Assembly (NCBI GenBank): GCA_035506255.1
Contig: DATJPS010000017.1
Coordinates: 1-38,540, forward strand
DNA: 38,540 bases
Reading direction: 5' to 3'
Origin: Candidatus Omnitrophota bacterium
Lineage (GTDB): Bacteria > Margulisbacteria > WOR-1 > XYC2-FULL-46-14 > WPAF01
Numbering within the stretch: the stretch's first letter is position 1; each line of letters opens with the position of its first letter. Under the pieces are notes generated by a model that had not been told where the DNA came from, did not search any database, and saw only the letters and a program-made list of their open reading frames with translations. Position numbers and translations under genes: made by a program. Positions 23,315-32,133 of the stretch are shown one piece after another.

Positions 23315-24405
23315 TGATCAAACTGATCGACCGCTATATTATTAGGGAACTGATCGACCCGTTCATTTTCGGCCTGCTCTCGTTCACGCTCATCCTCTCG
23401 GCGTCGATGGTGCTGTTCGAGCTTACCCGCGCGGTGGTGATCTACGGCATGCCGCTTTTTATCGCCTTCAAGATCTTTGTCTTCCGTCTTCCCAGTGTCG
23501 CCGTTTATATTTTCCCCATGGCCACGCTGCTGGCGGTGCTTCTCGGGTTCGCGCGATTAAGCAAGGATTCCGAGGTGATCGCGTTCAAGGCTTCCGGCAT
23601 CTCGCTTTACCGCATCATGGTCCCGGTTCTGATCATGGGCCTGCTGGTGTCGCTGCTGACGCTGGTCTTTTACGAAGTGGTGGTTCCCGAGAGCAACAAG
23701 GCGGCTAAAAATCTGATGATCGAGGTCCAGACCAAACGCGCTCCCAAGATCGAGGAGAACATTTTCGTCCCGGAGATGGAGAGCGGGCAGCTGAAGCGAA
23801 TGTTCTATGCCCGCACCCTGAGCGGGAGCGAAATGAAGGGCGTGATCGTCTCCGAATTCGCCGACGGGCAGCTGAGCCAGATCGTCAACGCCGCTTCCGC
23901 TTCCTGGAACTCCGACACCGACCAATGGACGTTCAAGAACGGGACCATTTATCTGCTCGACAGTTCCGGCGAGTACAAGCACCTGATCAAGTTCGAGGAA
24001 CAGCAGATCGCCATCAAATATTCTCCCGCCGACCTTTCGGTGGGGGACAAGTCTCCCGACGACATGAACATCGGCGAGCTGCGTCAGTTCATCGCGCTCA
24101 AGGAAAAGATGGGGGTAAAGGTGACCGACTTCAAGATCCAGCTGAACATGAAGATGGCGATCCCGTTCGCCTGTTTGGTCTTCGCCCTGATCGGCGCGCC
24201 GCTCGGCATCTCGCCCCGCCGCGTTTCTTCCTCCGTCGGGCTGGGGATGTCCATCATCGTGATCTTCATCTACTACGTGCTGATGTTCACCGCCATGGCG
24301 CTGGGAGAACTGGAATGGGTATCGCCTCCGGTCGCCGCCTGGCTGCCCAACCTGATCTGCGCGGGGATCGGCGGCTATCTGGTCAACCGCTCGGCGCAAA
24401 TATGA
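23314..24405 (+). CDS. LptF/LptG-family (YjgP/YjgQ) LPS export permease, single copy
   Basis: MIKLIDRYIIRELIDPFIFGLLSFTLIL, six TM segments with a periplasmic insert, located immediately after lptB. Confidence 0.85.
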   Translation: MIKLIDRYIIRELIDPFIFGLLSFTLILSASMVLFELTRAVVIYGMPLFIAFKIFVFRLPSVAVYIFPMATLLAVLLGFARLSKDSEVIAFKASGISLYRIMVPVLIMGLLVSLLTLVFYEVVVPESNKAAKNLMIEVQTKRAPKIEENIFVPEMESGQLKRMFYARTLSGSEMKGVIVSEFADGQLSQIVNAASASWNSDTDQWTFKNGTIYLLDSSGEYKHLIKFEEQQIAIKYSPADLSVGDKSPDDMNIGELRQFIALKEKMGVKVTDFKIQLNMKMAIPFACLVFALIGAPLGISPRRVSSSVGLGMSIIVIFIYYVLMFTAMALGELEWVSPPVAAWLPNLICAGIGGYLVNRSAQI

Positions 24406-25403
24406 TCTACCAGTTCGCGCTCGAGCTGGTCCTGATCCTGGCGGTCGTTTCCGGCGCGATCGCCTATATCGGAAACTACATTGGCCGATTCTTCGGCAAA
24501 AAGCGGCTTTCGCTTTTCGGTCTGAGGCCGCGCTACACCGCCATGTTCTTCACCGTCGTTTCCGGCGCGCTGATCGCGCTCATCACTTTCACTACCGTCA
24601 TTCTGGTATCGCGCGACGCGCGGACCGCCTTCTTCGGGCTGGAAAAGATGCGGGCGCAGATCCGGCAGGCAAGGTCCGACCTGGACCAGGCCCGGAAAGA
24701 ACTGTCCGACAGTTTCTCTCAGCTGGAACAGATAAAGAAGGACCTGGAAAAGAACCAGGCCGAGATCAAAGACCTTACGGGAATAAGGGAAAAGCTCAAG
24801 CAGGAAGTGGACATCGCAACTTCTCGCCGGGTCGTCTTTCCGGCGCAGGAGACGATGTCGAGTTCGCTGATCACCGGCGGGCAGGGGAAGGGGAAAGCAG
24901 AGGCGGACCTTAACGCGGCGGTCGGACGGATGAACGATGAACTGAAAAAGATCAAAGCCGGGCCGGTCAAATATGATGATGACGATTACCGCTCGACCGT
25001 CGGTTATCTGGCGAACATGGAAGGGGGGATCATCCTCAAGATCGTGGCGGTAAAGAACATTACCGTGGGCGGGGCGGCACCGGTCAAATTCAGCGTCGCC
25101 ACCAACGAGCTGCTTTTTCATAAAGGGGATGAGATCTGGCACGGTATCATCTCCGGCAAACTGGACCAGAACGATACCGAACAACGGTTGAAGGAGCTTA
25201 TCGATTCGGCCGAGAACATCGCCGTGAAAAAGGGCCTGATCGCGGATTATCCGGGGGCGATGGGCGCGTACCCGTATTCCGATATATACGATACGGTGCG
25301 CCGGATCCGCGGGTACGGCACGCTTACCCGCGTTACTATCCTGGCGGCGGCCGACATCCGTTCTACCGGTCCGCTGGCGCTCTCGTTCAAGGTGGCGCCT
25401 TGA
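24402..25403 (+). CDS. DUF3084-like membrane-anchored coiled-coil protein
   Basis: The true start is ATG 24402 (ATGA overlap with the lptF/G stop). The track ORF beginning at 23925 is a read-through artefact. MIYQFALELVLILAVVSGAIAYIGNYIGRFFGKKRLSLFGLRPRYTAMFFTV, then a coiled coil (RAQIRQARSDLDQARKELSDSFSQLEQIKKDLEKNQAEIKDL). Confidence 0.6.
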   Translation: MIYQFALELVLILAVVSGAIAYIGNYIGRFFGKKRLSLFGLRPRYTAMFFTVVSGALIALITFTTVILVSRDARTAFFGLEKMRAQIRQARSDLDQARKELSDSFSQLEQIKKDLEKNQAEIKDLTGIREKLKQEVDIATSRRVVFPAQETMSSSLITGGQGKGKAEADLNAAVGRMNDELKKIKAGPVKYDDDDYRSTVGYLANMEGGIILKIVAVKNITVGGAAPVKFSVATNELLFHKGDEIWHGIISGKLDQNDTEQRLKELIDSAENIAVKKGLIADYPGAMGAYPYSDIYDTVRRIRGYGTLTRVTILAAADIRSTGPLALSFKVAP

Positions 25404-25789
25404 TCCTGGCGATCGATCCCGGCCGCGAAAAATGCGGAATGGCGGTATTGAACGCTTCGGGCGGGTGCATCGTCCGTTCGATCATAAAAAGAGCGGAACT
25501 GGCGGCGAACGTCATCAAGCTGGCCAACGAATACAAAGTGAAGACGGTCGTCATCGGCGACACGGGAGATTCCAGATCGGCGGGTAAAGAACTGCTCCGG
25601 CTCGAACTTAAGGCGAACATCGTCTTCACGAAGGAAAAATATTCCACCCAGGAAGCGCGCGCGCGCTACTTCAAAGAGAACCGCCCGCGCGGCGTTTTAC
25701 GCCTGGTGCCGACCGGATTGCTGTTCCCTCCCGTGCCGGTGGACGACTATGCCGCGATGATATTAGGGGAGAGGTACCTCAAAGGTTAG
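25400..25789 (+). CDS. Small RNase-H-fold (YqgF/RuvX-like) putative nuclease
   Basis: MILAIDPGREKCGMAVL has the acidic DPG motif of RuvC/YqgF-like folds, and TVVIGDTGDS follows. TTG start overlapping the upstream stop. Confidence 0.45.
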   Translation: MILAIDPGREKCGMAVLNASGGCIVRSIIKRAELAANVIKLANEYKVKTVVIGDTGDSRSAGKELLRLELKANIVFTKEKYSTQEARARYFKENRPRGVLRLVPTGLLFPPVPVDDYAAMILGERYLKG

Positions 25790-27160
25790 CGCCCTCCGCT
25801 GGCTGACGCCGGTCCTCGCAACCACTCTTCCGTAAGGATCGATCACCCCCGAAATGCCGGTATTGGCGCACTGCACGAACCATTCGCGGTTCTCCACCGC
25901 GCGGAAGACGCCGCAGTCGAAATGGTCGTACGGGGCAGAAGAATTGCCGAACCAGGCGTCGTTCGTGATGGTCAGCAGCATCCGCGCTCCCTGTTTTTTC
26001 CTCTCGGCCGCCAGGTCGGCGAACGTCGACTCGAAGCAGATCATCCCTCCGATCTTCAATCCCTTCGCTTCCAGCAGCTCCGCCTTGGCGGGACCGAAGT
26101 CGAAATCCTGGCGGAAAAACCCGGTCAGCTGCAATATCGGCAGGAGGAGCGGACGGAACGGAAGATATTCGCCGAACGGCACGATCCTCTGTTTGTCATA
26201 TCGGCCGGTGATCTCACCGGTGGGGGAGACGCAGATCAGGGAATTGTAGATGTTGCTGGTATCGGTGTAAAAAGGAGTGCCGATCAGCAGATAGGCGCGC
26301 GAGTCGCGGGCCAGCTGCCGCACTCTCGGGAACAGATCGCGGTTGTCGACCAGGTACGACAGCACCACTGACTCCGGCCAGATGATCAGGTCGGGATGCT
26401 CCTGCGTCACCCCGCGCGTAAGCGTTTCGTGGATGGAGAAGATCTCGTTGTTGAAACGGGCGTCCAGCTTTTCGTCCTGGGGGATGTTCCCCTGGATGAC
26501 GGCGATCTTCAAAGTATGATCGCTTTTGACCGGAGCGGTCAGTTGTTCGACGCCCCATAAACCAGCGGATAAAAGCAATAAACAGGACATAGATAACACC
26601 AGCAATTGTCGCCCGGCCGGCTTTTTCTGGAATACGACGAACGAGTCGGCCAGCGCCGCGTTCATCATCACGATCAGAAACGAAACCCCGAAGACCCGGG
26701 AGAACGAGGCGATCTGGACCAGAGGAAGGAAAGGGGCCTGCGAATAGCCGAGCTCGCCGGCGGTGATGCCGAACGGTCCCGCCGTCCGCAGCCATTCGAA
26801 AAATGTCCAGGCAACGGGATAAGTGAGAGGATTGAGCGGGGGGAAGGAGCGGGACAGGAATTTAAGGACGTAGCAGAGCACGGCGACGAAGAGCGCTTCC
26901 CCCGCGATCAGGACAATATATCCGAGCGCGGCGAACCCGGGCGCGAAATGGTTCAAAGTGTTTATCCAGAAAAGGTTCACGCCGAAAAAGACCAGGCCGA
27001 ACGCCAAGCCCGCGCCGGCCGCATCTTTTGGTCCCTCGCGTTCTTTAAGATCGATAAAAAGCGGGACCAGCGCGATCCAGGCGAGCGGGAAGAACCCGAA
27101 TTTCGGGAAACAAAGGGCGGCGAGCAGACCGGACAGTATGGGAAGAAATAACTTCTTCAT
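25763..27160 (-). CDS. lnt: Apolipoprotein N-acyltransferase
   Basis: An N-terminal polytopic membrane region followed by a CN-hydrolase domain (KIAVIQGNIPQDEK, IIWPES, YDKQRIVPFGEYLP, GGMICFES, NDAWFG). Confidence 0.9.
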   Translation of the reverse strand: MKKLFLPILSGLLAALCFPKFGFFPLAWIALVPLFIDLKEREGPKDAAGAGLAFGLVFFGVNLFWINTLNHFAPGFAALGYIVLIAGEALFVAVLCYVLKFLSRSFPPLNPLTYPVAWTFFEWLRTAGPFGITAGELGYSQAPFLPLVQIASFSRVFGVSFLIVMMNAALADSFVVFQKKPAGRQLLVLSMSCLLLLSAGLWGVEQLTAPVKSDHTLKIAVIQGNIPQDEKLDARFNNEIFSIHETLTRGVTQEHPDLIIWPESVVLSYLVDNRDLFPRVRQLARDSRAYLLIGTPFYTDTSNIYNSLICVSPTGEITGRYDKQRIVPFGEYLPFRPLLLPILQLTGFFRQDFDFGPAKAELLEAKGLKIGGMICFESTFADLAAERKKQGARMLLTITNDAWFGNSSAPYDHFDCGVFRAVENREWFVQCANTGISGVIDPYGRVVARTGVSQRRALTFEVPLP

Positions 27161-27804
27161 TGTATCTGCACCGACCAGCCGACGATATCGAGGCTGGGAT
27201 CGATATCGGTCCTGGTCTCGTCGACCCGCGTCAGCACCGAACCGGCGATCTTGCTGATGTTGCGGCCGGGAGGCGAGATCCGGTCCTTGAGATATTTAAG
27301 CGAGTTCGTCGGGTAATCGACGCTGACGATATCGAAATAGATCGTATCGGGTATATTATTGCCGAAGATCTGGTCGAGCCGCACGCTGAAGTTGACGACG
27401 TTGGAGATATAGGGGAGGGCGGCGACCGGTTCCCGCGTTACCGGGGTCGAGATGCTGAACGGGCCGCGGCCGAGAGAGAATCCCATGTTGTCGAGCACGA
27501 TATACGCGTACCAGGTCGAATAGTATTTGGTGAAATAATCGGCTTTGTTGCCGTTGACCGGATTATCGCCCGGTTCCAGGAACTCGTCGAGCGTCGTCCC
27601 GTCCGGCGGCAGGACCGGGTAGCTGAACGATTCGGTGGTGGAGATGATCATGAAATACCGGTTCTTGCTCAGGTCTATGTTCCCGCGGAAATCCACCTCC
27701 ACCGCCATCTGCGAGCCGTAGGTCGGGATGGTGGTGATGGTGCGGGAGCAGCCCGCCAGCAGCAGCGCGGCGAATATCAGGCTAATAACGAACCGGCGAT
27801 GCAC
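27157..27804 (-). CDS. Predicted lipoprotein of unknown family, translationally coupled between lptD and lnt
   Basis: Lipobox in MHRRFVISLIFAALLLAGCS. Strong AAGGAGGAG ribosome-binding site 7 nt before GTG 27804. ATGA overlap with the lnt start. Confidence 0.75.
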   Translation of the reverse strand: MHRRFVISLIFAALLLAGCSRTITTIPTYGSQMAVEVDFRGNIDLSKNRYFMIISTTESFSYPVLPPDGTTLDEFLEPGDNPVNGNKADYFTKYYSTWYAYIVLDNMGFSLGRGPFSISTPVTREPVAALPYISNVVNFSVRLDQIFGNNIPDTIYFDIVSVDYPTNSLKYLKDRISPPGRNISKIAGSVLTRVDETRTDIDPSLDIVGWSVQIQ

Positions 27805-30073
27805 TGTCTATCTCCTCCTTTAACGACTGATCGAAACTGTCGAAATAGAAACCTCTTCCCTCGGCGTACCCGACCGGCTCGCCGGGGAAGGCCTTGAGCG
27901 TGAACGTGAAGCTGAACTCCTTCCGGTAGTCGGAATAGGTATATTTTACCACCCAGCAGTGCAGATCCTTCTCCACCATCACGTCGACCGGTTTGAACTG
28001 CTGGGTGGACGTGTCGTAAACGTGGCCGATCTTGAAATGCCAGTGGTCCTGCCAGTCCTTCTCGTCCGCGATCTCCAGGTCCAGCAGATTGCTTCCCGAC
28101 TTCAGCATTCCCGAATTGAGGTCGTTGAGCAATACGATATTATCTGTCAGCTTGTCGAGCGGTTTGATCCCCAGGCTGGAACTTAGATCCTCCCACCGCT
28201 GGTTCTCGATGTCCCAGCCGGTGATGAACCGCGATGAGAACGCGGGATGGGGGTTGAGCGCGAGCGTGGTATCGATGTTGAAATATTTGTTCGTCTGATA
28301 ATTGAACCCCCCGGTGGTGACCCAGTTGATGTAGTTATGGTAATAGAGGGTCAAGGTTTCCTTGAGATTGCTGTATCTGGTCCCCAGCCGGTCGAAGAGG
28401 AAAGGGGAATTACCCTCGGATATCCCGCGATCGAAAGTGATATCGTTCCTGAAACAATCGAACAGGGCGGTATTGAGAGAATAGTTCTCGGTCTGGGCGT
28501 AAAGCTCGTCGCCCGGGCTGTAAAGATACTGATCGACACCGTAGGCGAGATAGAGAGAGGTCCCGAAGACGAGCGGGATGGAACGGTTGGCCGCCAGCGA
28601 AGCGGTGTATTTTCCCGCCGCGAAATCGCGTTTGCCGTAATTCGGCACCTGCGCCACCTCGCGGTAGTAACCGTACCCGAGCGAAGGGGAAAGGGTGAAG
28701 AGCTTAAGGTCCTGCGGGTTGAACGCCAGCGTCAGCTCCGGGCTTTTTTCGGTGAACTGGTCGGAATTCCCGTAGAGCGGGTCGCTGTTCATCCTGACGT
28801 GCCGGTTCTCCGATATCTTCCACGAATACAGATTTTCTCTTCCCGTGACGTCATAGTTCAGGTCTAATCTCTCATCCCCCGATATTCCCGGCTGGCGGAT
28901 GTTGTTGGAGTAGCTGGCGTTGAAGTTGAAATTACTGTCCTTGATGAGGAACGGCTGGGAATGGGAGAGCCGCTGCGAAGCCCGGATGTAGCGCGGTTCG
29001 GTTTTTCCCTGGTCAAGGTCAAAGCTGTAGCCGGTGTTCGCCCCGTCCGCCTGCCGGTTCATCGTCAGTCCGATCCGTTCGTCGTTGCCGCCGCGATTCT
29101 CCAGCAAATTCAGCGCGGTGCTGAACTTCTGTTTATTGGCGCTGTTGTCGTAGTTGAGGGAATAAGTCGACTGATCGAGCCGGCCGCTGGGGATGAGATA
29201 AATGTTGGACGTGCCGTAGCCGAGCGAAAGGGTGGCATCTTTGGTGAAATTGAAAGTATGGTTCAACTTAAAGACCGAATCCTTCTGGTTCGGGGGATCG
29301 TTCTCGTTAAGCAGATAGAGATACAATTTGCCGGAACTGCGGCCTCCGAGCATATAATTGAAGTCAAGTCCGTGTCCGAACCCTTTCTTCTGCATGTCGT
29401 CGAGCAATATCTCCCCGTATGGATAGTCCCAGAAGGTTTTGATAAAATCACCTTCCACGTCATTGTGCCCGATCGTCCAGTTCTTCTTCCGTTTATTTTT
29501 AAGGTCATAGACCAGGTATGGCGCCCATAGGACCGGTATTCCGTCGAGGTAGAAAGTGTCCGACCATCCCACCACCTTGTCGTCCGGATAATATTCCACC
29601 TTTTTCGACATTACCTTGTAATGGGGGTCGCCGGTTTCCGCCAGATCGCAGGTGGTGATGCGGGCGTTCCAGCCGTCCCAGCGCGTTTTCTCGTCCGAGA
29701 TCTTCTGCGCGCCGAGGTACAGATTGCCTTTTACGGTCGAAGGGGAGAGGATAGTATGGAAATCATCGAACGACGAGGTCTCGTTACTGACATAGAACGT
29801 CATCTCCCCGCTTTTTGAACGGTATTCCGGTCCCGTCATCATCACGTCCCCCTCGGCGGTGACGATGTTGGAGCGGGTATCCATTGCCAGCCGGTCGGAT
29901 GTGATCTTGATACCTTTTAGCTTGATCTCAACCGAGCCGGTGGCGGTAACGAACGATCCGTCCTCTGAATATTTAAGAGTATCGGCTTTGATATTGACGG
30001 GGATCTCTTCGTCTCCCAGGCAAATATTCGCCGACAGGGCAATAAAAAAAATGATCGCGGCGACCTTCTTCAC
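27782..30073 (-). CDS. lptD: LPS-assembly outer-membrane protein LptD (OstA N-terminal domain plus beta-barrel)
   Basis: Signal peptide MKKVAAIIFFIALSANICLG. OstA-like region IKADTLKYSEDGSFVTATGSVEIKLKGIKITSDRLAMDTRSNIVTAEGDVMM. RITTCDL...HYKVMSKKVEYYPDDKVVGWSDTFYLDGIPVLWAPYL, then a long region rich in aromatic and glycine residues consistent with beta-strands. Confidence 0.85.
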   Translation of the reverse strand: MKKVAAIIFFIALSANICLGDEEIPVNIKADTLKYSEDGSFVTATGSVEIKLKGIKITSDRLAMDTRSNIVTAEGDVMMTGPEYRSKSGEMTFYVSNETSSFDDFHTILSPSTVKGNLYLGAQKISDEKTRWDGWNARITTCDLAETGDPHYKVMSKKVEYYPDDKVVGWSDTFYLDGIPVLWAPYLVYDLKNKRKKNWTIGHNDVEGDFIKTFWDYPYGEILLDDMQKKGFGHGLDFNYMLGGRSSGKLYLYLLNENDPPNQKDSVFKLNHTFNFTKDATLSLGYGTSNIYLIPSGRLDQSTYSLNYDNSANKQKFSTALNLLENRGGNDERIGLTMNRQADGANTGYSFDLDQGKTEPRYIRASQRLSHSQPFLIKDSNFNFNASYSNNIRQPGISGDERLDLNYDVTGRENLYSWKISENRHVRMNSDPLYGNSDQFTEKSPELTLAFNPQDLKLFTLSPSLGYGYYREVAQVPNYGKRDFAAGKYTASLAANRSIPLVFGTSLYLAYGVDQYLYSPGDELYAQTENYSLNTALFDCFRNDITFDRGISEGNSPFLFDRLGTRYSNLKETLTLYYHNYINWVTTGGFNYQTNKYFNIDTTLALNPHPAFSSRFITGWDIENQRWEDLSSSLGIKPLDKLTDNIVLLNDLNSGMLKSGSNLLDLEIADEKDWQDHWHFKIGHVYDTSTQQFKPVDVMVEKDLHCWVVKYTYSDYRKEFSFTFTLKAFPGEPVGYAEGRGFYFDSFDQSLKEEIDSASPVRY

Positions 30074-30081
30074 TGATCGTG

Positions 30082-30090
30082 ATTATAGCA
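30082..30090 (-). promoter_or_regulatory. Candidate extended -10 promoter (TGCTATAAT on the minus strand), 8 nt upstream of the lptD GTG
   Basis: The minus strand reads tgctataat cacgatca GTG AAG AAG. There is no SD. Confidence 0.4.
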
Positions 30091-30128
30091 TTAACCGCTG
30101 CGCGCTGGAAATAAAGTTCCCGATGGCT

Positions 30129-30134
30129 TATAAT
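30129..30134 (+). promoter_or_regulatory. Candidate -10 hexamer TATAAT, 5 nt upstream of the amj-like ATG
   Basis: The sequence reads tataat cataa ATG ATG AAC. There is no SD. Confidence 0.4.
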
Positions 30135-30139
30135 CATAA

Positions 30140-30961
30140 ATGATGAACCCGCTTTTGATCGTCTGCTTTTTTACCGGCATCATCCATTTTGCGGAATGCA
30201 CCGCCTCGTCGTTGAGGGTGGCGGGGGTGCGCACCCGCTCGATCGCGACCTCTCTTGCCTTCGTCAATGCCACGCTGCTGGTGACCAGGATGTCCAATAT
30301 GCTGCAGGCGCCGTTCCTGGGCGGCATGGTCGATTCAGCGGTCCTGCACGGGAATGTTGGCCAGCTGGTGCTCAACTTCCGCTGGGTCATCTTTGCCGCT
30401 TTCGTCGGCAATCTATGCGCGGCGGTCATGACCCCGTTCTCGGTCTCGGTATTCACCAAGGCGATCGAGCGGTTCGAAAATGTTGGCTCCGTCCCCAAAT
30501 TGATCGTCATGGCGTTCCATCCGGTCAATCTGGGAAAGATCTGCAAGCGTTTCCGCCTTCCGAAGAAAGAAACGTTCATGAACCTGTCGCTAAAGGGAAT
30601 GCCGCAGGCGTTCCTCTGGCTAAATCTGGTGATGGTCTCGATCTACGCGATCGGGGTATTATCGGCGCTGTTCGCCGGGGCGATGGTGCCGGAGTATCGC
30701 GTTACCGCCACCCAGCTTTCCGCCATCGTCAACGGCATTGCCACCATCCTTTTAACGCTGATGGTCGACCCTACCTGTGCCTTTATTACAGACCAGGCGA
30801 TCCGCGGTAAACGGCCGGCTTCCGATGTCCGCGCCATGGTATTCTACATTATATTAGGCAGGGTTGTCGGCACGCTGCTCCTATCCCAGATCCTTTTCCT
30901 CCCGGCGGCCGGTTACATCAGATCGGTAACGCTACTCGTTAAAGGGATGTACGGACACTAG
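30140..30961 (+). CDS. amj: Amj-family (DUF2837) putative lipid II flippase
   Basis: A 273-aa polytopic protein. The N-terminal region IIHFAECTASSLRVAGVRTRSIATSLAFVNATLLVTRMSNMLQAPFLGGMVD resembles what I remember of the conserved Amj/YdaH N-terminus. This is recalled, not searched. Confidence 0.55.
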   Translation: MMNPLLIVCFFTGIIHFAECTASSLRVAGVRTRSIATSLAFVNATLLVTRMSNMLQAPFLGGMVDSAVLHGNVGQLVLNFRWVIFAAFVGNLCAAVMTPFSVSVFTKAIERFENVGSVPKLIVMAFHPVNLGKICKRFRLPKKETFMNLSLKGMPQAFLWLNLVMVSIYAIGVLSALFAGAMVPEYRVTATQLSAIVNGIATILLTLMVDPTCAFITDQAIRGKRPASDVRAMVFYIILGRVVGTLLLSQILFLPAAGYIRSVTLLVKGMYGH

Positions 30962-30965
30962 CCAT

Positions 30966-31838
30966 ATGAAAGGGACGGTCGTCGCCCTCGGCACTTTTGA
31001 CGGGGTCCATCTGGGCCACCAGAGGATCATAAAAGACACCGTCAATTACGCCCGCCGTTGCGGGCTCGTCCCGGTCGCCACCACCTTTGATCCCCATCCA
31101 CAGCAATATATCGTTCCCGAAAGGGGACTTAAACTGTTGACGACGCTGGCCGAGCGCAGGGAGTTGCTGATCGGGCTGGGTATAAAAAAGGTAAAGGTCC
31201 TCAAGTTTAACGAAGCTCTCCGCCGTCTTTCGTACCTGTCATTCGTGAAAAAGTATCTGGTCGACGGGCTCAAGGCCAAAGCGGTCTTCGTTGGTTTTGA
31301 TTACGCGTTCGGCCATGGGCGGGCGGGCAATGTGGCGGAACTCCGGCGGTTGGGCAGGAAATTCGGTTTTAAAGTGAAGATGGTCCGCCCGGTAAAAGCG
31401 CATCGCGTCGCGATCAAATCATCGCTGATCCGCGAACTGGTGGCGCGCGGCGATTTTGACCGCGGCCTCCGCTATCTCGGCCATCCTTACCGGCTGAACG
31501 GTAAAGTGGTGAAAGGGGATGGGCGGGGGCGCACGCTCGGTTTCCCCACCGCCAACCTCAAGCTCGACTTGCACAAGCTGATCCCGCAGCACGGGGTTTA
31601 CGCCGGGCGCGCGCTCGGCCGCCGCTGCGTGGTCAACATCGGCGCGCGTCCCACTTTCGGCGCCGACGGCGTGGCGATCGAAGCGCACATCCCCGGATAT
31701 TCGGGTAACCTTTACGGCCGGACGGTCGCGATCGATCTGATCAAGAAGATAAGAGATGAAATCCATTTCCCCGACGTACGAGAACTAAAGGTGCGGATAC
31801 TTAAGGATATTGCCATTTCCAAAAAGATTATGTTATAA
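30966..31838 (+). CDS. ribF: Bifunctional riboflavin kinase / FMN adenylyltransferase
   Basis: ALGTFDGVHLGHQ, TFDPHP, GFDYAFGHGR, GDGRGRTLGFPTANL, HIPGYSGNLYG. Confidence 0.93.
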   Translation: MKGTVVALGTFDGVHLGHQRIIKDTVNYARRCGLVPVATTFDPHPQQYIVPERGLKLLTTLAERRELLIGLGIKKVKVLKFNEALRRLSYLSFVKKYLVDGLKAKAVFVGFDYAFGHGRAGNVAELRRLGRKFGFKVKMVRPVKAHRVAIKSSLIRELVARGDFDRGLRYLGHPYRLNGKVVKGDGRGRTLGFPTANLKLDLHKLIPQHGVYAGRALGRRCVVNIGARPTFGADGVAIEAHIPGYSGNLYGRTVAIDLIKKIRDEIHFPDVRELKVRILKDIAISKKIML

Positions 31839-31839
31839 T
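31831..31839 (+). promoter_or_regulatory. Candidate extended -10 promoter TGTTATAAT for rpsO-pnp, overlapping the ribF stop
   Basis: A TGnTATAAT lies 34 nt upstream of the rpsO TTG at 31873. The AGGAG ribosome-binding site lies between them. Confidence 0.45.
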
Positions 31840-31872
31840 TGGAAAGCGAATTAAACGAACAGGAGTAAAATT

Positions 31873-32133
31873 TTGAAAAAGGAAGAGAGAACCGTACTGA
31901 TAGACAAGTTCAAGACCCACGACAGCGACACCGGGTCGCCGGAAGTGCAGGTCGCGCTGCTGACCGAAAGGATCAACCAGCTGGTCGAGCATCTCAAGAC
32001 GCACAAGAAAGACCAGAGTAGCCGCCGCGGGCTTTTAATGCTCGTCGGCAAGCGCAAGCGGCTCCTGCGCTACCTGGAAGGATCCGACTCTAAAAGATAC
32101 GAAGCCCTCACCGAAAGCCTCAAATTAAGATGA
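31873..32133 (+). CDS. rpsO: 30S ribosomal protein S15
   Basis: [53 protein letters not shown] start. Confidence 0.93.
   Translation: MKKEERTVLIDKFKTHDSDTGSPEVQVALLTERINQLVEHLKTHKKDQSSRRGLLMLVGKRKRLLRYLEGSDSKRYEALTESLKLR

Noticed and set aside
23925-24401. The N-terminal 159-aa extension of the DUF3084-like ORF as given in the track (start at 23925). Similarly, the 6479 start for paralogue 4 and the 773 GTG for paralogue 1.
   Set aside because: The DUF3084-like extension overlaps lptF/G out of frame and is Arg/Gly/His-rich. ATG 24402 starts directly with a hydrophobic helix and overlaps the lptF/G stop. For the two fibre genes, the downstream ATGs (6509 and 779) give standard signal peptides at proper ribosome-binding-site spacing.
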